Source: Edaphobacter sp.
GTDB taxonomy: Bacteria > Acidobacteriota > Terriglobia > Terriglobales > Acidobacteriaceae
NCBI GenBank assembly: GCA_965277575.1
Contig: CBDIDK010000001.1
Span: forward strand, 177,622-241,621
DNA length: 64,000 bases
Direction: 5' to 3'
Part shown: positions 1-7,153 of the stretch, one piece after another
How the letters are laid out: the number at the start of each line of letters is the position of its first letter
Numbering within the stretch: position 1 is the stretch's first letter
The notes under the pieces: model-generated
Databases searched by the model: none
What the model saw: the letters and a program-made list of their open reading frames with translations, nothing else
What the model was told of the DNA's origin: nothing
Translations under genes and position numbers: made by a program

Positions 1-1084
1 GAAATTGGGCATCGACTGCCCGGACGGTGCGTCTGGCTATTCCACGCCGACGTTCCGTATGCAGCCATGCTTTCCTCCTGTCTGGGACACGGCGCAGGTG
101 ATCTCCGCGCTGGGGGAGGCCGGAGTCTCTCGAAGCGATCCGCGTCTGCTGCGGGCTGCGGACTGGCTTTTGTCCAAAGAGGTTCGGCACAAAGGCGATT
201 GGGCTCAAAAAGTAAAAAATGTTGAGCCGGGTGGCTGGTACTTCGAGTTCAACAATGAGTTTTACCCCGATGTCGATGATACCGGGGAGGTTCTGCTGGC
301 ATTGAACTGCGTGGACAATCCGCGCGAGCGGTATCAGCATGAGGTTTGCCAGCGCGCCCTGAACTGGATATGGGCGATGCAGTGCAAAAATGGCGGCTGG
401 GCGGCCTTCGACAAGGACAATACTAAGACAATCTTCCAGTACATCCCGTTCGCCGACCACAACGCGATGCTCGACCCGCCGACGGTCGACATCACCGGAA
501 GGATGCTGGAGATGCTGGCGCAGTACGGGTTCACGCGTGCCGATAAGCGCGTCGAGAAGGCGATCCAGTTCGTCCTGAAGGAGCAGGCCAGTGATGGAAG
601 CTGGTTCGGGCGCTGGGGCGTCAACTACCTGTACGGAACGTTTCTGGTGTTGCGCGGCCTGGAGGCGATGGGCGTCTGGAGTCATGAGCCCTGCATTCTT
701 CAGGCTACCGAGTGGATTCGCATGGTGCAGAATTCCGACGGTGGCTGGGGCGAGACCTGCGGCACCTACGATGAGGAGTTGCAGAAGGGTGTAGGACCAA
801 GCACTCCGTCACAAACCGCATGGGCTCTCTTAGGTCTGCTCGCAGGCGGAGATTCCCGCTCTGATTCCGTAGCGAAGGGTGTGAGGTGGTTGATTGAGCG
901 CCAGCATGCGGACGGCAGTTGGGACGAACTTGTACCCGGGCGCAATGGTGAAAGTTACTACACTGGAACAGGGTTTCCACGCGTCTTCTACCTGGGATAC
1001 CACTTGTATAAACAGTATTTTCCTCTCCTGGCACTGACGACCTACAAGAGGGCCATGGAGCGGGAAGCCGCAGAGGCAGCATAG
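1..1084 (+). CDS. shc: squalene-hopene cyclase, C-terminal ~360 aa (5' end lies outside the window)
   Basis: Frame is open from the window edge (codon phase of nt 2) to TAG at 1082-1084. Contains the protonating DxDD motif (YPDVDDTGE) and several QW-type repeats (DGSWFGRWG, DGGWGE, DGSWDE). Followed by hpnH/hpnA/hpnG. Confidence 0.9.
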   Translation, partial: KLGIDCPDGASGYSTPTFRMQPCFPPVWDTAQVISALGEAGVSRSDPRLLRAADWLLSKEVRHKGDWAQKVKNVEPGGWYFEFNNEFYPDVDDTGEVLLALNCVDNPRERYQHEVCQRALNWIWAMQCKNGGWAAFDKDNTKTIFQYIPFADHNAMLDPPTVDITGRMLEMLAQYGFTRADKRVEKAIQFVLKEQASDGSWFGRWGVNYLYGTFLVLRGLEAMGVWSHEPCILQATEWIRMVQNSDGGWGETCGTYDEELQKGVGPSTPSQTAWALLGLLAGGDSRSDSVAKGVRWLIERQHADGSWDELVPGRNGESYYTGTGFPRVFYLGYHLYKQYFPLLALTTYKRAMEREAAEAA

Positions 1085-1143
1085 AGGACGAGCAGCAGCT
1101 ACACACGCTACGTTTCGCACATTTTCGTTGGAGGAGACAACCG

Positions 1144-2286
1144 ATGGCAGTGCCAGTCTCACAAGCTTGGACCGTCGCAACCTACGTTTTGAAGCAAAAG
1201 CTGATGGGCCGGAAGAAGTATCCGCTTGTGCTCATGCTGGAGCCGCTGTTCCGTTGCAATCTTGCCTGCGCCGGCTGCGGCAAGATTCAGTACCCCGCGC
1301 ACATCCTGAAGGCAGAGCTGTCGCCGGAGGAGTGCTTCAAGGCTGTCGAAGAATGTGGAACCCCGATGGTTGCAATCCCCGGTGGCGAGCCGTTGCTGCA
1401 TCCTCAAATGCCGGAGATCGTCGCCGGTCTGGTCGCCCGCAAGAAGTACGTTTACATGTGCACCAACGCTCTTCTCCTCAAAGAAAAGCTGCACCTTTTC
1501 AAGCCGAGTAAGTATCTTTCGTTCTCTGTACACGTAGACGGCCAGCGCGAGCACCACGATTTCTCGGTCTGTCGTGAAGGCGGGTACGACATCGCCATGG
1601 AGGGTATACGGGTTGCGGTCGAAGCCGGATTTCGCGTCACCACCAACACCACACTCTTCGACGGCGCAGATCCAAATAGCGTGCGCGCCCACTTCGATGA
1701 ATTGATGGTGGCGGGCGTCGAGAGCATGATGGTTTCACCCGGATATACCTACGATAAGGCTCCCGATCAGAAGCATTTTCTCGGCCGTGCGCGTTCGAAG
1801 AAGCTGTTTCGCTCGATATTGTCGAACCGGAAGAAGACCTGGCGGTTCAATGCTTCGCCCATGTTCATGGAGTTTCTGATGGGTAAGAAAGACCTGACCT
1901 GCACCCCCTGGGGCATGCCGACCTTCAGCATCTTCGGCTGGCAGAAGCCATGCTATCTCCTGCAGGATGGATACGCCGACACCTTTAAGGAGTTGATGGA
2001 GACGGTGCAATGGCAGAATTACGGCACGGAATCCGGCAACCCGCAGTGCGCAAACTGCATGGTTCACTCGGGCTACGAGGCCAGCGGAGTCAACTACACC
2101 TTTGGCTCAATCAAAGGCCTGCTGCAGACAGCGAAGGCCATCTTTTTCAATCGATATGAGGATGAGGGTGCGATGAAGCTGCTGAACCAGTGGAAGCCCG
2201 CGCACACCGCGCCTCTCGTCCAGATAGGCTCGCCTCAGACTGCGGCCGGCAAGGCTGCTCAGCTTCAAGAGGTCTCAGGAGACTGA
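1144..2286 (+). CDS. hpnH: adenosylhopane synthase, radical SAM (HpnH)
   Basis: 380-aa ORF. Radical-SAM CxxxCxxC motif (CNLACAGC) follows YPLVLMLEPLFR, which is the HpnH-type N-terminus as I recall it. Lies directly downstream of shc. Confidence 0.9.
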   Translation: MAVPVSQAWTVATYVLKQKLMGRKKYPLVLMLEPLFRCNLACAGCGKIQYPAHILKAELSPEECFKAVEECGTPMVAIPGGEPLLHPQMPEIVAGLVARKKYVYMCTNALLLKEKLHLFKPSKYLSFSVHVDGQREHHDFSVCREGGYDIAMEGIRVAVEAGFRVTTNTTLFDGADPNSVRAHFDELMVAGVESMMVSPGYTYDKAPDQKHFLGRARSKKLFRSILSNRKKTWRFNASPMFMEFLMGKKDLTCTPWGMPTFSIFGWQKPCYLLQDGYADTFKELMETVQWQNYGTESGNPQCANCMVHSGYEASGVNYTFGSIKGLLQTAKAIFFNRYEDEGAMKLLNQWKPAHTAPLVQIGSPQTAAGKAAQLQEVSGD

Positions 2287-2288
2287 CC

Positions 2289-2735
2289 ATGGCGACTGAA
2301 ACGCAGGAATCTGCAAAGCTCGCGCAGTTAAACCAGGCAAATCCCGATGACATCGAAGTAGCCGCAGGCCGTGAGCGCGAGCAGCTTGAGGGCTGGATTC
2401 CGGAGCTGGCGAGTGACGCTGAGATTCGTGAGGCGCTTGAAAAGGCGTTCGACTATCGCGGTGACATTACTGTCACCCGAAAAGACGGCTCACAGATCTC
2501 GGGATATCTCTTCGACCGTCGTCAGGGGCCCTCGCTTGCCGATTCGTACGTCCGCATCATCCCGGCAAACGCCCAGACCAAGGTGAATGTTGCCTACTCC
2601 GATATTGCCGCGCTCGCCTTCACCGGCAGGGATACGGCGGCAGGCAAGACCTTCGAGGCCTGGGTGAAGAAATACTGGGAAAAGAAGGCTGCTGGCGAGC
2701 AGAATATTCAGATCGAACCCGATAAGCTGGACTGA
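2289..2735 (+). CDS. hypothetical 148-aa protein embedded in the hopanoid cluster
   Basis: ATG at 2289 is 2 nt after the hpnH stop, with AGGAG 8 nt upstream inside the hpnH 3' end (translational coupling). Acidic N-terminus and no motif I recognise. The ORF-track start at 2190 would overlap hpnH by ~100 nt and is unlikely. Confidence 0.6.
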   Translation: MATETQESAKLAQLNQANPDDIEVAAGREREQLEGWIPELASDAEIREALEKAFDYRGDITVTRKDGSQISGYLFDRRQGPSLADSYVRIIPANAQTKVNVAYSDIAALAFTGRDTAAGKTFEAWVKKYWEKKAAGEQNIQIEPDKLD

Positions 2736-2813
2736 GATTTTGTCACGATACAGACTTCGACGGTGAACAGGGCGCGAATCAACTGGAATGGATAGGTAAG
2801 GGAAGAGCGTGAC

Positions 2814-3809
2814 GTGCGCGTATTCATCACGGGAGCGACGGGCTTCGTCGGCGGCCATGTGGCTCGGCGCTTTGCGGCTGAAGGAGCAAGGCTCCGCCTC
2901 CTGACCCGCCAGACAAGCCGCCTCGAATCGCTCGCCGGCATCAACGCCGAGATGGTGAATGGTGATCTCCGCCGAACCAAGGAGTTCCGGATCGCACTCG
3001 CCGGTTGCGACGCTCTGGTACATGTCGCCGCGGACTATCGCCTGTGGGTGCGTGATCCTGACCAGATGTACGCGGCTAACGTTGACGGCACACGAGAGCT
3101 TTTGAAACTCGCCCGTGAGGCCGGTATACCTCGCGTTGTCTACACGTCGAGCGTTGCAACGATGGGCTTCAAGGCCGACGGCACTATCGTCGATGAGGAC
3201 ACGCCTGTGGGCCTGGCAGACATGATCGGCCACTACAAAAGGTCGAAGTTTCTGGGCGAGCAGCAGGCCATCGAAGCCGCCAAGGCCGGCCAGCATGTCA
3301 TGATACTGAATCCGACAACCCCCATCGGCCCAGGCGATGCCAAGCCCACGCCTACCGGCAGGATCATCGTCGATTTTCTGAACAGGAAGTTTCCTGCCTA
3401 TGTCGATACGGGTTTAAACCTTGTCGACGTCGAAGAGGTGGCCCGGATGCATGTGGTCGCGCTCGAGCACGGCACACCGGGCGAACGCTATATTCTGGGC
3501 GGCGAAAACCTGACTTTGAAGCAGATCCTCGATCGCATGTCCGCCATCACCGGCTTGCCCTCGCCGACCATGAAGGTTCCTCACAGCGTCGCAATGGTCT
3601 TCGCCTTCTTCGACGAAAACATCACCGGCAAGCTCCTCGGGAAGGAGCCGCGCGCTACTGTCGAAGCCGTCCGCATGGGCAGAAAAATGATGTTCGCCTC
3701 CTCGTCCAAAGCCGAACGCGATCTTGGTTTTCAGGTGCTTCCTATCTATCCGGCGATGCGGTCGGCAATTGAATGGTTTATTGCAAACGGCTATGCGCCA
3801 AAGCTATGA
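2814..3809 (+). CDS. hpnA: hopanoid-associated NAD-dependent sugar epimerase/dehydratase-family SDR (HpnA)
   Basis: GTG start. N-terminal Rossmann motif GATGFVGG and extended-SDR YxxxK (YKRSK). Context between hpnH and hpnG. Confidence 0.75.
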   Translation: MRVFITGATGFVGGHVARRFAAEGARLRLLTRQTSRLESLAGINAEMVNGDLRRTKEFRIALAGCDALVHVAADYRLWVRDPDQMYAANVDGTRELLKLAREAGIPRVVYTSSVATMGFKADGTIVDEDTPVGLADMIGHYKRSKFLGEQQAIEAAKAGQHVMILNPTTPIGPGDAKPTPTGRIIVDFLNRKFPAYVDTGLNLVDVEEVARMHVVALEHGTPGERYILGGENLTLKQILDRMSAITGLPSPTMKVPHSVAMVFAFFDENITGKLLGKEPRATVEAVRMGRKMMFASSSKAERDLGFQVLPIYPAMRSAIEWFIANGYAPKL

Positions 3810-4525
3810 GGATTGCGATCATTGCGGCATTGCCCGGGGAGTTGAAGCCGCTCGTGAGACATTGGCGGCAAATTTCTACAGGAGTGACTGGGGTAAGGAA
3901 GTGGATACAGTCCAGCGGCGCGGACACCTGGATCGCGGTGTGTGCGGGAATGGGCGCTGAGGCAGTGCGGAGGGCCTATGCAGTGGCAGCGTCGGATGGA
4001 GAGCTGGACATGCTGCTCTCGGTTGGCTGGGCGGGCTCGCTCAGCGCCAGCGTAAGCCCCGGAACAGTTCACGTTCCGACGGTTGTCATCGACGCACAGA
4101 CAGGGGAGCAGTTCAATCTGACCGGCAGTGGCAGAAGATGGCCCCTGGTGACAACCGCACACGTCGCCGATGCCGCCGAAAAAACCCGTCTCGCCGAAAC
4201 GTACCGAGGAGCTGTTCTGGTCGATATGGAGGCGGCCACCGTAGCACGCCTGGCTGCGATGAACGGAATTCCTGTGCTCTGTATCAAGGGAGTGTCCGAT
4301 GCGGTTGGCGCAAGGCTCCCTGATCTGAATCTCTTCATCGGCAGTATGGGAGAGATGCAGATGGCGAGGTTTATCGCTCACATCTCTTTGCGGCCACAGT
4401 ATTGGCCGTCGTTGTTTCACCTCGGCAGGAACAGTGCCCGAGCAGCCGAGGCCATGCGAGACTTAATCCTGGAATTTATGAAGGAAAAGAATGTTGAAAA
4501 GCTCATTCGAACCGGCCGTGTCTAA
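3806..4525 (+). CDS. hpnG: hopanoid-associated nucleosidase/phosphorylase (HpnG, PNP/MTA-nucleosidase fold)
   Basis: ATG at 3806 overlaps the hpnA stop (ATGA). N-terminus MRIAIIAALPGE plus the VDMEAA and KGVSD motifs of the PNP_UDP_1/MTAN family. The ORF-track start at 3773 is less likely. Confidence 0.8.
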   Translation: MRIAIIAALPGELKPLVRHWRQISTGVTGVRKWIQSSGADTWIAVCAGMGAEAVRRAYAVAASDGELDMLLSVGWAGSLSASVSPGTVHVPTVVIDAQTGEQFNLTGSGRRWPLVTTAHVADAAEKTRLAETYRGAVLVDMEAATVARLAAMNGIPVLCIKGVSDAVGARLPDLNLFIGSMGEMQMARFIAHISLRPQYWPSLFHLGRNSARAAEAMRDLILEFMKEKNVEKLIRTGRV

Positions 4526-4550
4526 CCAAGTAAATAAAGTCCCCACTACT

Positions 4551-5639
4551 ATGCGAGCCGCCGTCTATCGCGGCAAGAACGATGTGCATGTCGAGACGAT
4601 TCCGGTGCCGGAGATTGGCCCCGATGAAGTCCTGGTCAGGATCCACACCTGCGGGATCTGCGGGACGGACCTCAAGAAAATTCACACCGGCTCCCATGAC
4701 GCGCCCCGCGTCTTCGGCCACGAAATGGCCGGGACCATCGTCCGGGTCGGTGAGGCGGCCAACAGTTTCGCTGTCGGCGACCGCGTCATGGCCTACCACC
4801 ACATCCCCTGCGGCCATTGCTTCTACTGCAGCAAGCAGACCTTCGCGCAGTGCGAGGTCTACAAAAAGGTGGGCTGCACAGCGGGTTTCGCTCCGTCGGG
4901 GGGAGGCTTCGCAGAATACATCCGCGTGATGAACTGGATCGTACGCCGCGGTCTCATCAAAATCCCCGATGACATCCCCTTCGAACAGGCCGCGTTCATC
5001 GAGCCGGTCAATACCTGCTACAAGGCGATTCAACTCCTGAATCTGCAACCCGATGAGACGGTCCTGGTCATCGGCCAGGGGTCAATAGGCATCCTGCTCG
5101 CCGCGCTCGCTCGCAAGACCGGAGCGACCGTACTGACCAGCGATTTCTACTCGGAGCGCCACGCAGTCGCCGCATGGTTCGGCCTCAACCGCCCTCTCGA
5201 TGCCAGGGAAGATGTTGCTGCCGCGGCGAGGGCTGCAACGAAAGGTCGCGGCGCCGATGTGGCATTGGTTGCGGTGGGCGGCAACGCGCTTATCAAAACG
5301 GCAATGGACGCCATCCGCCCCGGCGGTCGCGTCGTCTTGTTCGCTCAGACGCAGCACGGAGAGGCACCCTTCGACCCTGCCGCGGTTTGCATGGATGAAA
5401 AGACTCTCATGGGCTCGTATAGTGCGTCGGTCGCCATCCAGGATGAGGTAACTCAGATAGTCTTCGATGGATATCGTGACGGCTTCGACCTGACGAACCT
5501 GATCTCACACAGGTTTTCGCTGGAGGACGCCGTCGACGCTCTCGACCTGGCGTCCCACCCCCAGGCCGACTCGCTCAAGGTAGTCATTCAACCTGGACTC
5601 ATCAGGCGAGAGTCCGGACCCCTCCCACTATCGGAGTAA
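4551..5639 (+). CDS. zinc-dependent medium-chain alcohol/polyol dehydrogenase
   Basis: Catalytic-Zn Cys in HTCGICGTD and His in GHEMAG. Structural-Zn tetrad CGHCFYCSKQTFAQC. Rossmann motif VIGQGSIGIL. Start is either ATG 4551 (MRAAVYRG, the typical MDR N-terminus) or ATG 4491 (AAGGAA RBS, overlapping the hpnG 3' end). Confidence 0.85.
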   Translation: MRAAVYRGKNDVHVETIPVPEIGPDEVLVRIHTCGICGTDLKKIHTGSHDAPRVFGHEMAGTIVRVGEAANSFAVGDRVMAYHHIPCGHCFYCSKQTFAQCEVYKKVGCTAGFAPSGGGFAEYIRVMNWIVRRGLIKIPDDIPFEQAAFIEPVNTCYKAIQLLNLQPDETVLVIGQGSIGILLAALARKTGATVLTSDFYSERHAVAAWFGLNRPLDAREDVAAAARAATKGRGADVALVAVGGNALIKTAMDAIRPGGRVVLFAQTQHGEAPFDPAAVCMDEKTLMGSYSASVAIQDEVTQIVFDGYRDGFDLTNLISHRFSLEDAVDALDLASHPQADSLKVVIQPGLIRRESGPLPLSE

Positions 5640-5707
5640 CTTGCTATCCGTGTTTGTCCGTGACACTTCCCGGTCGATGTTTTCGCAATTCTGAAGTGGC
5701 GGCAAGG

Positions 5708-7153
5708 CTAATCGCGGGTTCGCTTCTTGACCTCGACGTTCAGCCGTTTGATCTTCTGGTTTAGCGTCGAGAGTGGAATTTTGAAATACTCCGCCGCCTC
5801 GGTCTGGTTCCAATGGCAGCGCTCCAGACGGTCCGATATGATGCGTCGCTCGATCTCTTCCATCAAGTCGAACAGCGAGGCATCCGGCTGATGGTCCAGC
5901 AGGGTGGCCGAATAGGTGCTGCCGGTCAATTGCGTGGGCAGCAGGTCCGCGCCGATCGTCCGTGAGGTGGCGAGAACAACACCGCGTTCCATCGCATTCT
6001 CCAGCTCGCGCACATTGCCTGGCCACTCGTAATCCATGATGACCCGCATGGCTTCGGGCGAGATTGATGGCACCTCAGTCCCATTCTCATCGGCATACAA
6101 CTTCAAAAAATGAGCGGCCAGTAAAGGGATATCTTCACGACGGGAACGCAGCGGCGGCAGCTCCAGGCAGATGACATTGAGGCGGTAGAAGAGGTCCTCG
6201 CGGAACCGGCCCTGCCGCACGGCCTCTTGCAGGTTCACATTCGTCGCAGCGATGATCCGGACGTCTACCTGAATCTCCTGCACGCCACCGAGATGCATGA
6301 AGCGGCGGTCCTGCAGAACGCGCAGAATTTTGGCCTGCATGTCCATTCCCATCGTGCCGATCTCGTCGAGGAAGAGCGTTCCGCCGTTGGCTACTTCAAA
6401 TAGTCCCTTTTTCGCCGTAACAGCCGAAGTGAACGCGCCTTTGACATGACCGAAGAGTGTCGATTCCAGCAGATCCGAGGGCACCGCTCCCGTATTGACA
6501 GGCACGAACGGCCGGTCGCGGCGCGGCGAGTTGGCATGAAGCGCCTTCGCGATCAACTCTTTCCCGGTTCCGCTCTCACCTTGCAGCAAGACCGTCGACC
6601 GGCTTGGCGCTACCTGCGCGATCAGGTCGAAGAGGCTCAACATCGGCTCGCTCTTGCCGACGATATTCTCGAAGTTGTAGCGCTGCTTCAGGGTTCGCTT
6701 GAGCTGGACAACCTCTTCCTCGGCGCGATGCCGGGCCACCGCCGCGCGAATATCCGCGAGCAGCTTTTCGTTATCCCAGGGCTTCTGGATAAAGTTTTCC
6801 GCACCCGCGCGAATCGCATCGACAACATTGCCGACGGTCCCGTAGGCCGTGATCATGATGACCGGCAGGTTCGGTTGCATCTCCGTGATACGCGGCAGCA
6901 GATCGATCCCGCTCTCGCCGGGGAGCGCTAGATCGAGCAGCAGCAGGTCGTACTCATTGCGCGCCAGCAGTTCCAGACCCGACGCACCGTCACCGGCCGT
7001 GTTCACGGTAAACCCTTCGAGACTGAGCAGCGTATCGAGCGACTCGCGAATTGCCATCTCGTCATCGATGATGAGAATGCGTGGATCGCCCACGACTCGT
7101 GCCGTGCGTTTCAGATGAAGCGACTCGGCTGCCAGTTCGGTTGTTTCAGACAT
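5708..7153 (-). CDS. sigma-54-dependent response regulator (NtrC family)
   Basis: Receiver domain (RILIIDDE ... LLLLDLALPG). AAA+ sigma-54 interaction domain (Walker A GESGTGKE; GAFTSA variant of the GAFTGA loop). C-terminal Fis-type HTH. ATG at 7153 (MSETT) overlaps the kinase stop by 8 nt. Confidence 0.9.
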   Translation of the reverse strand: MSETTELAAESLHLKRTARVVGDPRILIIDDEMAIRESLDTLLSLEGFTVNTAGDGASGLELLARNEYDLLLLDLALPGESGIDLLPRITEMQPNLPVIMITAYGTVGNVVDAIRAGAENFIQKPWDNEKLLADIRAAVARHRAEEEVVQLKRTLKQRYNFENIVGKSEPMLSLFDLIAQVAPSRSTVLLQGESGTGKELIAKALHANSPRRDRPFVPVNTGAVPSDLLESTLFGHVKGAFTSAVTAKKGLFEVANGGTLFLDEIGTMGMDMQAKILRVLQDRRFMHLGGVQEIQVDVRIIAATNVNLQEAVRQGRFREDLFYRLNVICLELPPLRSRREDIPLLAAHFLKLYADENGTEVPSISPEAMRVIMDYEWPGNVRELENAMERGVVLATSRTIGADLLPTQLTGSTYSATLLDHQPDASLFDLMEEIERRIISDRLERCHWNQTEAAEYFKIPLSTLNQKIKRLNVEVKKRTRD

